From positions 1,612,001-1,676,000 of the forward strand of contig CM106585.1 in the NCBI GenBank assembly GCA_048013815.1: 64,000 bases of DNA, given 5' to 3'. Below, in pieces: positions 30,884 through 45,111 of the stretch. The translations under genes were made by a program, and so were the position numbers. The notes beneath the pieces were generated by a model. It was not told the DNA's origin, made no database searches, and saw nothing but the letters and a program-made list of their open reading frames with translations. The stretch's first letter is position 1. The number at the start of each line of letters is the position of its first letter. Source of the DNA: Setoptus koraiensis (taxonomy: Eukaryota > Animalia > Arthropoda).

Positions 30884-32885
30884 AGACAGAGTCTGTGGGC
30901 CTCATAGTATGAATAGTATGAATCAAATACACATAATATAATATTGTTAATGTTGCAGTTTGAGCACACACAAACACAGATCAACATATCGGATAATCAC
31001 GTCAGCTGAGCTGGCGCTGTTGTCGCTGTTGTGGCAGTTGTTGCTGTTGCTGCTGTTGTCTAGCTTGCACCGACAGCAACAGCGTGCGCTATGCCGATGC
31101 CGAATCTGCGTCTCTGTTTGTTTGTATCTCATTAATAATTGATAATTTAGTGTGTGTTGGCTATATCGAAATCATCGCATGTTGTGTGCGGTCGACAGTG
31201 CATACACACACGACACCTATCACACAAATCAGTGCAACAAGACATGCCAGGCGAGCATTATCCGGATAAGGCCGCCACACGCCAGATACACCCAATAGAC
31301 AGACCCAGAGAGACTCTACAGCAGACACTACAACAGATAGACACTACAGCAGATAGACACTACAACAGATAGACAGACTGCCATTAAGTAGAGCTGTACA
31401 GATGGCGCTACTTTGATTATATCCGTAGGTATATTTGTGAGAGTGTGTAGCGCGCACTGTCCGACTTGTAGGTGACGGACAGTGTATTATTAGGTAGTGC
31501 ATGTGTTGTTGCGAGACGAACGTGCGACTTGTCACATAATTCCAGCACAGCACGTGCTGTTGTTGCTGCTGTTGTTGTCGCTGTTGTCGTTGCTGTTGCT
31601 GCTGTTGTTGCTGTTGTTGCTGTTGTTGTTGATTCGATTGTTGCTCTCACACAATGTTGCTGATAATGAACGGTGTTGTCGGATAATGGAACTGGACACG
31701 ACAAGTAGTATTTCGCGTACAGCGAGCAGTGCGATTATTGCCAGTCTAGAGACAGCTACAGATTTTCAATTGAAAACGCGCTCTTTAGTATCTCAAACAC
31801 GCACAATAATCTTGGCCACTCTCGCTCGTTAGCTTGCTATAAAGATCTCGCCACTGGAGCTTTATCACAAGCTAGTGGTGGCACAATTGCCAGTGACGCA
31901 CGCTCTGACAGTTGGCTGGCGAGCGCACGAGAGGCACGAGCAGCCAAGCAACCTTCATTGTTACTAATAAACTACTCAATCAAGCTGACCGGATGTTGCC
32001 AGCAAGTGTGTGTATAATCTAATAATAATAATTTTCTTCTTTTTCGGTTGCATCTCGTTGACATTGGTCAGTTGGTGTCAATGCAATTGGGCGGCCCCAT
32101 GCTCGAGCATTTTGATTCTCTAGCACCCAGATCCTAGGCGACACACAAACAACATTTGAGCTAACTCATACAAGATTTGAGTTGAACATACGCGCTTTAT
32201 ATTATAATGTTTACATTATAATCATTATAATAATTGCAAATATTGCACCAAACACACTCATACAACGTATGAATATTTGGTATAAACTTGGTATATCTGT
32301 GCCTCTACTCTGCTCATGCATGAATTTATATTAGTTGGTGGCCTCGCTATGATAATGTAAAAATATAATAATTATAATGTCATAACAATGCAGTAGATGC
32401 GCGCTTGTGAGCGCCAAAGATTAGCATTCAATTTTATCATTTTATAAACAGTTTGTAACATGTTTAAATATGCACAGTACATATATAGTTTGCTGGCGAT
32501 GCTGTTGGGGATCAACAAAGCAGCAGCAGCAACGAGCAGCCAAACTAAAGTTTATTTTTAACTCAATCAATGCAACTCATTAATTAGCAATGGCGCCAAC
32601 GTTGGTTAGTGTGTCGAAAAATGATGTTGTGCTCAGCAGTGAGCAAGAGTGACGAACCGAACACAAAATCATTACACTAACGACACTCGATTGCATGGGG
32701 GCCCGATCGATCTGAGCCGATTTGGCCCGATAATTAAGGTGCTCAACAACAATGGCAGCACACTCAATACCAATACAGCCGACAACAACATTTCGGGGAA
32801 TCGGGCGAAAGAGACAACCACTTGTTTCGCAGTGGTTGCTCGCAATTGTTGTTGTCGGCTTGGCTCGGGTCGCGCCAACCGAACC

Positions 32886-32973
32886 ACCAACCAACTGAGG
32901 ACCAACCAACTGAGGACCAACCAACTGAGGACCAACCAACTGAGGACCAACCGACTGAGGACCAACCGACTAG
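32886..32973. repeat. 15-bp tandem array ACCAACC(A/G)ACTGAGG x5-6
   Basis: Read directly. Confidence 0.92.
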
Positions 32974-34849
32974 CTAATAACTGACTAACTAACAACTGAC
33001 TGGCTGAGACTTGTTTCGGTGGTTGGTTTGGCTGTCGTAACTCACGACTCGTAAGTATTGATGAAAATTAGTTAGTTTGCTGGCGAGCGTAAGTGCATCA
33101 ATGTGTGGCTTGCAGAGCAGAGAATTCAATTTGTTTGTTGTTGAGTTATGCAAGCAACTGCCAATAATTATGTTATAAGTAATAGTTATAGAGAGCAGCC
33201 TGTCCATTGTTATTGTTTTATTATTATTGGGGCCAGTGTGAGACTAACAAAAACACTGCGCTAGACGCTAGATGCTTGATGGTGGCAAATTGCTAGTTAA
33301 TGGTTAAGTTTGTTATTATTTTCAAGTGACTTGAAAGCGATGCATCGGCAGCAACCACTGTATAACTACTGCATGACTACTGTACTGTATGACATGCATG
33401 CTAGGCACGATATGCACAATCAATATCAATGGGGCCCCACTTCTCATGACCTCTAAACGTTGCGACTTTGCGCGAGATTTGCGCTCACATTCGTCGGTGT
33501 TAGCTTAAACTTGAGAAACACTCGCTAAAAAACAGCATTGTGCTGCAGACAGGCTCACAATCGTTGCAATTATTGTAGGGACAACCGACAACAACAACAA
33601 CAGCAACAACAACGGCAACAACAGCAACAACAACGGCAACAACAGCGACAAAGTAGGCCATTTTTTATTGTTTGGTATTGCGTAACACAGTGTTAAACAG
33701 TGTAACGTTTCGCTGAGTTTCGCTACGTTTCATTTCGTTTCGTTCTTTGTCGCGTTTCATCTCGTTTCGTTTCATTTCATTTTGTTTATTCGCAGCTCGA
33801 CGTGCTCGTTTCTGGCCGATTCTAATCGGCTCACTTGGGTTCGCTCATTCGCTCTTTGTGTTACGTCTCGCTACGTTTCATTTCTTTTCGTTTGGTTTCT
33901 TCTGGTTTCCTTTGGTTCGTTCGGTGTCGTTCGGTGTCGTTCGGTGTCGTTCGGTTCGTTCGGTTCGTTCGGTTCTCTTGGTTTTTGGTTAGCCTCGGTG
34001 GTCGTACCGCCAATTGTGCGTTTTAAATTTGCACGTCGCTCGCACTTGAGGCCCCAAGTTGCCGGCTCACGAGTTTGTTGTGCCAGTGCCACACGCCACG
34101 CACCACAATACATGACACACACGCTTGTCACGGTTAGCTTGTTGAGCCTGTTTTGGCGCGAGCATCTGCTCGCAGCAAAATCTAAAATAGGTAATGGGCC
34201 AAAAGAGGCCGAAACGGGCTCACACGCACCGAAAGGGCCCGACAGAGGCCGTGCGAAAAGAAACAATCGCGCCCCGCTAACAAGTGCGATTACGCCTAAC
34301 GATGCCCATCAGTGGCCAATGTCCGGCACGGAGGGGCCCCAATAATGGCTGTGTCACCCGCACACACTCACTTTGGCATGCATCAGGGCCGTTTCGCCTT
34401 TTTTATGCTCAAACGTTTTTTTTTTTTCAAATATTTTCAATTCATCGCAAATCAGTGATTGCGCGCGCAGTGAGAGCGCGACATTGGCAAAATTTCGCCA
34501 TTAACTATTAATTTCTGCTCGCCGCATAGCCCGCTGCTTACAGGCGGCCCGTGTGGCGCCCCTACAAGTGCAACGCAATGCGCCGTCAAGCAATTACGCG
34601 CACACCGGGTTCGCTGCATGCTCGCGGGGCCCCATTCACAATAACGGCCAGCGCGATGTGAAATAATGGGCCCCAAAATGGCAACAATAAGTGGTCGTTG
34701 GATTGACTGAGATTTGCTTTCGATCAGTCGATCGACTACTTTTTTGTAATAGCCGTAATAGTTGTAATTGCAGTTGCAGTATTGGCATTTTTTTCGCGCC
34801 GACCACTCGAGTGCCAGCGCGGCAAGCTAGCACCAATTCGGTTGTTATG

Positions 34850-35670
34850 CGACACGCACACGCACACACACACACACACAACAATGAAGCAGCCAAAAAT
34901 GCACCAAAGAGGGCGACACACGCACTCTCACGACGACAACGACGACGATGGCGTCGACGGCGACGAAACAATGGCAACGCACACACACACACACACACAA
35001 AAATGACACAACAAACGTGGGCGTGGCTCCGCTCTGTCCGACAGAGTGTGTCGAAGCCGGTGAACGGTGTTGTCGGCGCCAACCGCACCAGCAAACAACG
35101 ACAACAACTACAACAACAACAACAGCAACAACAACAACCAACAACAACAAACAACGGCGACGAGCAACGGCGACGAGTGCCAGCTCGCTGAGATTGTTTA
35201 TTGTGTATTATATAAATGTGGGGCCCGGTTTGTTGCGTAATGGGGCCCAGTTGATGCCGCTCACACATAAACATTGGTGTCGTGTTTGCGTTTGCATCAG
35301 TTCAATCAGTTCAGTTCAGTTCAGTTCAGTTCAGTGTGTGCGTGTGTGTGTCTGTCCGTATTTGTAGTATGTTTGTGGGGGAGAGGGGGCGCGTTCGCCA
35401 GAGGAGGCATTGGAAAAACGGGGGCTCCTTTAGCCTCGAGGATCGCACTTTTGCCAGTTGCAGAGGGCGCGCACCTATCGACAGTCATGTGCGAATTGTT
35501 GCCGTTATTGTTTGCCACTGTGGCGCTGTTGTTGCTGCTGTTGCTGTTGTTGCTGCTGTTGCCGTTGTTGTGGTGCCGTGGTTGTTGCCGTTGTTGCTGT
35601 TGATGCTGCTTTTGATGGTGCCGTTGTTGCTGCTGTTGTTGCTGTTGTGGTGCTGATGTTGTTGCCGTGA
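34850..35670. repeat. Dense microsatellite cluster: (CA)n, (CGA)n, (CAA)n, (AGTTC)n, (GT)n, (GTT/GCT)n
   Basis: Read directly; explains the overlapping low-complexity ORFs on both strands. Confidence 0.9.
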
Positions 35671-37806
35671 TGGGTGCATGACAAGAGAATCTGTTAGTCG
35701 CTAGACAGACGGCGCCAGTTTGCAATGTGTGCGTTTTGTTGTTGTCGTGCCGCTGTTGTCGCTGTCGTCGCTGTTGTCGCTGTTGAACCGAGAAACGCAA
35801 ATAAACAAGAGCCAGTCAGGTGCAATCTTAACAATGCCAACGCTTCCTCTTTCGACTCTTTGGCCCGCTTCAACGCCACTGACCAGACCGGTGGTGAAAG
35901 CGTGCGCGTCATTGAGCTCCCTCTATCTCTCTGGTGGCACAAACACATAAACACAAACGCAACCAATAAATCGCTTGGCGAGCCGGCCGAGTCACATGAG
36001 ACGAGCGACTATTTTTAAGTCGCCTCATGTGTATCAGTCCAATTAAATTGGCGCCTAGTTATTTAGACGACAAATGGGCTGAGCGCCGGCAAGACACTTT
36101 GGCGCGTGACACTGTGCGCGGCGCATGCATGATAACGCGCACAACGGCTCGTTATTGAGGCTGGGCGCACAGGCACGCTAAAGTTTGGTGGCTCAAGTTT
36201 GGTGGCTCAAGTTTTGTGGCTCAAATTTAGTGTCAGTACAGCATGATTGTTGTGTGCCGGCACGTTGTGCCGATTTGCGCCAATTGGGCACAACATGCAG
36301 TCAATGTGCCAGCGTGCTATATGGTATGCGCCGGTGGCCAGCGACAATTATCATAATGTAAGTTGCCAGTTGCCAGCTCTGTGCAACTGCAAATTAAGTA
36401 GTTAGCTTACAGAGCCGAGCGCACGGGTTGAGCCCGTGCGCTAATAGCGAGCATTATAGCGGGCGCGGGGGCCAAAAGTGGCGAGTGTGCAGTGTCGCAT
36501 ATGATATAGTGATGGGCCCATAATGGTCACAATATGCGTCACATAGCGCCCACTCATTCGGAATACGCATTTCGATTGGATCGCGCCGGGTATCGCGTTG
36601 GGTATCGCGCTGGCATATCGCACACACACCGTGTGAGGCACACGGCGGACAGAGTGCAACAATGACGTAACTATTGCAATTTGGCTGGTCGCCTGCTGGT
36701 AATTTAGTGCAACCATTTTAGAGCAGCCAACAGCGAGTGAGCGCTATCAACTGGCGACAGTGAGCTAGCAGAAATTAATATTACGCTCACATTAGCCAGT
36801 TAACACGCCATGAATAATTAGGGCCGGCATGTGAAATGAATGGATTAGCGAGCGACAGAGGGCGAGAGCAAAAGTCAGCAATCAATTGGGTGATAAACAA
36901 TGGCACGTTTCGGCGTGCCAAGCTGGCTGCCAGGCTGGCTGGCTGGTGCAGTCTCATTTGCATCGCCATGGTTCGCTTGTTTGTTGTCCGCTGTTCGCCA
37001 TTTGTTGTTATTTGTTGTTTGTTATTCGTATTTATTTGTGCGCTAATTGCGTGCGCCCGTCAACAATGCGCCGGGCCGTCGCTTGCCGCTGTCTCGCTGC
37101 CGAGCGACAGCCAACAGCGAGCTTGCCAAAGTCAGCTGACATTGGCAGTGAATTGACATTGCGAACCTATTGCGACTTGCGACCAGTTGCCAGTAACTTG
37201 AGTGAGTTGGTAGACAGCGGTTCGCGTTGTGGCACGACACAACACCAACACGATACAACACCAACACGACACAACACCAACACGATACAACACCGTTTGT
37301 CTAGACGCCGTGAGCCAGTGTTGCCGACAGTGAGTAGTTAGCGCAAGTGGCCGCTGCTGGTCGCCAGTTGGCGCTGTTGCCAATTTATTAATTCGCGATT
37401 GACCGGAAAAACTTTGTAATTGCAGCCTGCCTACTGAAGGGCCTAATACTGCCACAGTGACAGCAACAGTGGACACCAGCAGCAGATACATTTGCCTGTC
37501 ATCACTGGCCCCATTTCCGCATTGCTCAATCTGCGACTCAAATTGTGACTCGTGCAGCGTGACTCGTCAGTGCGAGGCGACAAGAAGCCGTTGCCTAGCG
37601 ACCACATCTCGCCGTTCAAGCTGACCGCTCACTGTTGACTAGGCCCCAAACAAGTCGGCCACACAAACACACACGGCAAGGCGACAGCTAATTTGGAGCT
37701 CGCTAATTGGCCGCCGAGTAGCCAGCAATGGGCCCAGGTGAGCGAGAGTTACTTTTTACAGTTGGCCGCTTGCTTGTTTGTTGAATGAACCCGTGCATGG
37801 GGGCCT

Positions 37807-37911
37807 ACAGCGAGGGGCCAACAGCGAGGGGCCAACAACGAGGGGCCAACTGCGAGGGGCCAACAACGAGGGGCCAACTGCGAGGGGCCAACAACGAGGG
37901 GCCAACGGCGA
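37807..37911. repeat. 14-bp tandem array AC(A/T)(G/A)CGAGGGGCCA x7
   Basis: Read directly; ACAAC and ACTGC variants alternate in the later units. Confidence 0.92.
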
Positions 37912-39498
37912 CCTGTGTAGCTTGTCACGGTCCAATGTGCACACACTTGTTTGCACTCCAAGGCCGGCTAGCTTGCTGACACACGCACGCTGACCGGCTA
38001 AATGGCTAACTAACTCGCTGGCTGGCTGGCTGATTGAATTCTTTTATCAGCGCTTGTTGCGCAGACACACACCATTGATAATCAACTGTGTTGGGCCCGC
38101 TCCTCTAGGCTTGTTATCTCCCTTGTTTGGGCCCCTTATCTATTGTTTAGCTTGCTGCTGAGGCGCCGCTGCTGACGACGCACATACCAGCAGTCAGCAA
38201 TTGCATCGTCGTCGGGCCCCATCGGCCCGACAAAAACAAGCTGCACAACAAAGAACAGGAACAGGGCAAAATATTTAAATTTTGTTGCCTATTGAGTGGT
38301 GTCATCGAGCAACAGAATAGCTCAATTGTGGCCTTGGAGCATCCAAGTTGGAGCCACAATTGAAGTATCCACAAGCCATCACTTGCCGTTATATATACGG
38401 ATATGTATGTGGTTCTGTATGCAGTTTATCTGGTGTTGTTATTGTGATATTGTTGTTGTGATATTGTTATCACGGTTGTAAATTGTAGTTAAAGAATTGA
38501 ACGCGCGGGGGCGCCTCAACGGAGCCAGTGCGCGCTTGGTGTTGTTGCTGTTTGCTTCTTTTTGTGTGAAATTTTTTGTGCCGAAATGAAGCTCGAAATT
38601 GATTTGCTGCTTATGTCAGCAGCTTATTATGGTGTGTCGACTCGATAACACGAAATTGAACCGTTATAGCCCCCTAACGAGCGTCCGGTGAACTATGGGT
38701 GGTTGGTTGTAAGTGCAGCCGGTTGAGCTGGCGAGATGGCGACAGTGGCGCACACAATCAGTTGGTTAGATTGGTTAGAAGGAGAGTAGTTAAATGAAAC
38801 AAATAGCACGTCAGGCGACACAAGCAAAGAGCCGAGTCAGCACGTCGTATAAATAAATAAAATATATCGAGGTAGACAGCGCGAGTGGCGACTCGAGACT
38901 CGCGACTTGCCACTTGCCACTTGCATTTGTAGCACGTCAGCGGCTGGTGGCCACCAACAAATCGCAAATAGTCTTGTCGTTGCGTTACGTAAGCGCCATA
39001 GATCAGCGGATCGAGCATTGTTGTCAGTTGTTGTTATATAACTAACTAGACACATTGTCATGGTAACAACACACAAGCGCGCGATCTCAATGACAAACGG
39101 CGCCACCAACTTGCCAAACTGACGACTAGTTGTGGTGCGTGCCACTAGTGGCAACTAGTCGCAACTGTTATACTGTCAGTCGAGCTGTTGGTGCGTGGCG
39201 AGTCGCGCCGGGCGCCGGACGCTTGGGGGCGACACCGGCTTGAAACAAAGAGATTCGAATGGGCAGAGCAGGTTGCCACTGCTGGCTTTGTTGCGTCACC
39301 ACAGTGTCGACTGGTAATGTGTGCCGCCAAATTTGACGCCTTTATTTATATTAGCCCGTGGCGCGGCAGTGGCTTCTTTTTGTTATAGGCGTCACTATCA
39401 ATTAGCTGGCTAAACTGGCGCCCACTAATAGCGCCACTGCCATTATTGTGTCGCCCACCAGCGCCACCAGCGACAACAACCGACCGCACGGACCGGAT

Positions 39499-39563
39499 TG
39501 GCTCACCTGTCGGGCTCACCTATCGGGCTCACCCATTGGGCTCACCTAGTGGGCTCACCTGTG
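39499..39563. repeat. 13-bp array GGGCTCACC-nnnn x5
   Basis: Read directly; invariant core GGCTCACC with a variable tail. Confidence 0.9.
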
Positions 39564-40026
39564 CTTTTGGTGTACTGTGCTAATACACACACACACACAC
39601 ACTGGCCGCCACCACTTAGCCACTTGTTTGTCAGCCACCCAGCTAACTGACAAATAAGCCAACCGGTAAGCTGACATGGCACCTAGCCTAGGTGACCTAG
39701 GCGAGCTTGCGACCCACGGTCGTCGTGAGCCGGCCGGAGCCGAGCTTAGGTAAGCCAGCTTGACAACTGGCAGGCCAACTGGCAAGGGACAGAATAAAGA
39801 TTAGGCGCGTGATTAAATGTAAGCAGCAGTAGCGACTGGCGGCCAGAGTTTGTGTTTCTTTAAATAGCTGCAGCAAGTCAATCTGGGCGCTCCGGCGCTC
39901 CAAACAGCGCTGTTCGTGTTTGCAGCATTGACCGCTAGATTGACAGCCAGATTGGATGGGGGCGCGCGCAAATCAACGGCAAGCCTGCTGGCCATTGTGA
40001 GCGGGCGCCATATTCAATTTCAATGG

Positions 40027-40115
40027 CCAACTACCGACTACCAACTACCAACTACCAACTACCAACTACCAACTACCAACTACCAACTACCAACTACCAA
40101 CTAGCAACTACCGAC
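40027..40115. repeat. 7-bp tandem array CCAACTA, about 10 copies
   Basis: Read directly. Confidence 0.9.
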
Positions 40116-40605
40116 TGCCAACTGCCAACTCGACACCTGTTCTGTCGTTGTACAGTGTTGTGTTTCCACGTATTCAGTGCGTTGGCTGTTGAGCTGTCGA
40201 GCTAGCCAACGAATTGGTCGATGTGGGAATGTGTGCAAGTAAATGGGCGAATAAAGTTAAACTAAACGGACTAACCTTTTGCACTCGCTCGTGATGCTCG
40301 TGCCAAGATTGATGGATTCAAGCGAAGCCGTTTGTTTGTTCACTGTCAACTGCACTGGCCGCTGGCCTCTCTCTCTGGCCGGAATTAGCGCAATAGCCGC
40401 TCAACTGACCAATTGCTGCTGGCTTGCGCTGTTGGGCTAACACTACGGGCTCACTGGTCAGACACTGGCCAGGCCTAAGTGGCCCACTACTGGTGAGCCA
40501 CTAGTGAGCGTGTGTGTGTGTGTGTGTGTGTGTGCCAGTGTGTGACTTGCATTAATAATGACGCAATTTTTCGCCAAAAGCCTAATTCACCGCCAGTCGG
40601 CGATC

Positions 40606-40720
40606 TAACCCACTGGCCTGTCTAACCAACTGGCCGGGCCTAACCGACTGGCCGGGCCTAACCGACTGGCCGGGCCTAACCAACTGGTCGGCCTAACTCA
40701 CTGGCGGGCCTAACTGGCCA
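40606..40720. repeat. About 18-bp degenerate array CCTAACCGACTGGCCGGG x6
   Basis: Read directly. Confidence 0.82.
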
Positions 40721-41382
40721 AGAGGGCAGCCGATGTTGGCCGCAGCATCAACTGGCCAGTTTCATTTGTCAGAGATTTGTGTCTTTGTGTGTTGTGTGTA
40801 TCTGACTTGAGGCGAGAGCCATCGTTTGCCATTTGTCGTCACTTTGGGCACCCTTGCTGCCGGTCGGCACGAATAAGCGGCGAACTTGGTTGCCTGATTT
40901 TGGTGCTCGCTTGTTGTTGTTGTTGTTGTTGCTGCTGTTGATGTTGTTGCTGCTGTTGATGTTGTTGTTGTTGTTGTCGGTGGTGGTGGTGCGGCTGTCG
41001 CCTTGGTTGTTGCGCAATTTATCTAGATAGACAGCGACTGGCAAAGGCAAGGGACTAGCCTAGCAAACAGACAGACCAAAAGCAAACAAACGCACAGGCA
41101 CACAAAGAGGCCAAAACAGATAATGAGCTGCTCTGGGGTCCCCTATGACATGGCTGCGTGTCTCACTTGTCTGCTTGTTTGTGTCTGGCTGGCTCGTCTT
41201 GCCAAAGTCACACAAAACAGACTCTTATCGCATTACATCTCATCGCACTTGCCCATTGCCAGAGACGGTCGCCATTCGATCGCCACTCTTCGCCCATCAA
41301 ATAAGCCGCCGGGCACCTCCCCCCTGCCCCCTGAGATGGCCGGGTCCCGCCGACACTGTTTTGCGCCGCCGAGGTTGCTGAG

Positions 41383-41475
41383 GACGTTGCGTCGGATGTC
41401 GCGCTTGATGTTGCGTCAGAGCTTGTGTTGGATGTTGCGTCAGAGCTTGTGTTGGATGTTGCGTCAGAGGTTGCG
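41383..41475. repeat. 24-bp array GATGTTGCGTCAGAGCTTGTGTTG x2.5 plus a degenerate copy
   Basis: Read directly. Confidence 0.85.
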
Positions 41476-44400
41476 CTGACAATTGTGAATGTTGCATGCT
41501 GGATGCAGCCAAATGGGCCAAATGACACTGCTGTACAAGTAATTGGAGACAACACCGCTGCTGCGGCAGTGGCGCTAGGTGCTGCTTGTGAGCGACACAC
41601 ATAAATGCTTGCACAAGTGTAACTGCATGTAAACTAACACCAACCAAAAAGACGACTGCTGGCAAAAAGTGTCATGACAAGTGCTCACGGTCTCGATAGT
41701 GAATACAATGTATAATACAATATCTATTCATTGCAGTGGGCGCCCTCTAGTCGCTTATCGTTGAGCCATTGCGCATTGGACTAAGTCCAGTGGACGAGTT
41801 GTGTCCAGGCGAAGTCGACTAGTTGACCGGTCCAGCTGACCAGTCCAGTTGACCAGTGATAACGGTCAATGTGTGCGCGCGCCGCCTTTGCGACACCCGG
41901 CCAAGCAAACAGACGGACAGACAAACGGAGTGAGACAAACGCAGTCAGACAGAGTGACTTTTGATTGGTGTGCTCGCATAAATAGACTCACTTAATTGTT
42001 GTAATTGGGTCACACACACGCACACACACACACACGCACACGATGCGCAAACAGCACGAGTTGACGCGTTCGTGCGATATGATTTTGCAGCCAATAACAG
42101 GCAGCGACACACACTGGTCATGACAGATTCACAGTCAATTTAAACAAATATCTTGTGTGTGTATTCACAATGGCACAATCTGCGTACGAGCTAGTCGACT
42201 AGCCGACTAGTCGAGGTTACCACGTCATGGCGTTATGACGTTATGACGTTATTGCGCTATTACGCTGTTACGCTATTGCGCTATTACGTTATTACGTTAT
42301 TACGTTATTAGGTCGCCGGGATACTGGGCGCTCACTTGATCACGTAATAATACTCACGCTGCCATTACGTGATCAAGTGAGTAAGTGAGCGGCTGAACAA
42401 ATGAGCAAGTGCAAGCAAGTGCGAGCAAGTGCGAGCAACGTTAGAGAGTGAATAAAGAGTGAGTAGAGGCTGCAGAGTGAAGAGTGGAGTGGGCACACGA
42501 CAGCAAATTGGGACCAAAATCAATTTCATCGAGCTCGTCGATGCTAGCGCCGGATTTTGATTTTTCATTTTGGTTTTCATTTTCAGTTTTACAACATGCA
42601 CTGCAGCCAGCCAGCCAGCCAGCAAGTGAGACAAATTAGATAGACAACGCACTTATTTCGCATGTCAGCATATTGAGTGAGCATTTTGAGAATATGTTTT
42701 TGACAACTGTTCCGATAACAACCACCGATCCCATCCGACTGATCTCATCTGACACACACACTCACGCAAACTGATCTCATCCGACACACACCTACAAGTT
42801 GTGGGCCACTTGTAAGCAGCCGACACTCACCCAGTTTGGCACTCAGCTGATTCGGCTGGCTGACTTGTGAGAGGCTCTCGTGATGCGACATGCACGTGTA
42901 ATGGTAAATTGATATACACGTACAACGTTGGGTCAGTTGACACAACTGTTTACTTTCGGCTTCCAATCGGCCTCCATTCGGCTTCGATCCGGCTTCGATT
43001 GAGCCTCGATTGAGCTTCAACTGAGCTATAATTCAGATATAATTCAGCCATAACCGACAGCAGCAGCAGCAGCAACAACAACAACCACTCTTGTTGACGC
43101 CAAATGTTAGTTCGACAGGGTCTGTTGGTGTTAGTGTCTTGCCAACGCTAGCTTGTGCGCTGTGGCGCACATAATTGGAGATTGTTGTCGGTTTGTTGTT
43201 GTTGGGTGTCGATGATGATTGCTGGCGAGCTCGCTGATGATTGGCTGTGTAGCACAATTTGTTGCCGATGAGCTTGTTGTGCTCAGCGGCTACTACTGGT
43301 GTCGCGCATACGTTTGCAGTGAGGATGCTGCTTGTTGCAATGGTTGATTAAAATTGTAAATCGATTCTCATAATGAGACTCTCATTTGATCGAATTGGCC
43401 AGTTGGACAGTTGGCCAGTGCGCCAATCACAACAAACGGGTTAGTTTCAAGATTTGTCCGCAGTGCGCACCAAGCAAACAAGCTCAGCGACAACAACGAG
43501 CGACAACAACGAGCGACAAACTGGATGAACCGACGGGCGATTGGGCGCCCCAACTGACAGCTCTCGTTGGCTCTGCAGGCTCAAGCAACAAGGATGAATG
43601 AATTTGTTTTTAGCATTATCTGGCAATAACATGCAGACAGTAGCTGACAATAATAACAATTCAGTCACTGTCATAATGTTAGTAACATTGTAAGCAAACT
43701 GACTGATGATGATAAACGCAGCTACACAACAGCCGACACAAGAGAAAACGGCGAGCTTGCTGTGAATGCGGCGGCGACGGCGCCACACTGATGGCTAATG
43801 CAAATTATATTGAGCTGTTACATGTGACACTGGCGTGCATATAGTTCAGTTATCAGGCTTCACGCGATTAGCTTGCCACACGAGCCACACGAGCCACACT
43901 GGCCACACACACTGGCTACAAAAGCTAATCACTGGCATCAATCTACAATTAGCCATTGTTAAGACACCTAAGTATTGCGTAATGTGTGTGTGTGCCGCCA
44001 CAAGCGCGCTCGTTAGTCGCTCTTTGTTTTGCCAGTTTTTGTTTCTGTGTGTCGCGCTGGCAGCACAACAACAAAAACAACAACAACAACAACAACAACA
44101 GCAGCATCACTGGCAAACTGTGGCAACTGCAAAATGATGCCAATTGCATTGTTGTGTGTGTGTGTGTGTTTCGGAGCGACGAGAAGTGACGAGAAAATGC
44201 CAGCCATACAACGACAAACAAGCGAGAGCAATGAGCCCGGCTGGCACCCGATGGCTGATTATGCAATTAGAGAGGAAGTTGCGAGCAAATTGCGGATTGC
44301 AAATTGCAAACTGTGAACTGTAAACTGCCAATCGCAATTGAATGAGTGAGATTACTCTCACTTTCACTCTGTTACAGTGTGTGTGCTCAATGAAGCTTGA

Positions 44401-45063
44401 GTGTTTGACTAGTTGGCAAGCTTGTTGCTGTCCGGCTACAGCCGCCACTTGTGCCCAATGCGCCAATGCGCCAATGCAAGCTCGGCTTGCCACTAGCCTT
44501 GCCACTAGCCTTGCATCGTGCATACTAATAAGCGCCAAATTGATAAGCGCCGGTATGCTGTGCTCGTATTACGTTACTCATAGCCCAGGGCTATGGGCAA
44601 CTGTCTAACCTAACTGTCTAACCAGAGCTCGTTTGCTATTTCTAGTTTATTTCTGGTCTAGACTCACAAACCTCATGAGTGAGTACAGTTCGGCTCAGTA
44701 CAAGTTGGCACGAGTCAGTATGAGTGGCACAAGTGGGCTCCCATAGGTGGCCCAATTGATCAGCGGTCAGCTAGACAACAATTGATTTGTTGTCGTGACA
44801 AACATGAATGGTGGGCACAATTTAACAATTTTAGAGGGCGCTCAGTGGATTTCACTCATTTAGCCGCGCGCTCACCTATAGCTAATAATAGTAACGTGTG
44901 GGCATTGCACGCGCTCACACTGGCTTTTGGTTGGCCGTTAGTGGCCGTTATTTGAGCCACTTGTAGTGGCATTAGCGTTGTAATTTGATGTGTGTGTGTC
45001 CGCATGACATAAACACAGACTTGAATTGCTTGCTCGATGGCATAACAACAACCGCAGCAGCAG

Positions 45064-45064
45064 C

Positions 45065-45111
<47 letters not shown>
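45064..45111. repeat. Pure (CAA)16 microsatellite
   Basis: Read directly. Confidence 0.95.

Noticed and set aside
7485-37742. Nested antisense gene suggested by plus-strand AG|GTGAG motifs (about 7487, 8590, 23445, 25918, 37736)
   Set aside because: No coding homology or consistent exon chain; these motifs instead serve as a background control that weakens motif-only splice claims.
39499-40720. Repeat arrays as CRISPR-like loci
   Set aside because: Units are 7-18 bp with no unique 25-45-bp spacers and no cas genes, in a eukaryotic context.
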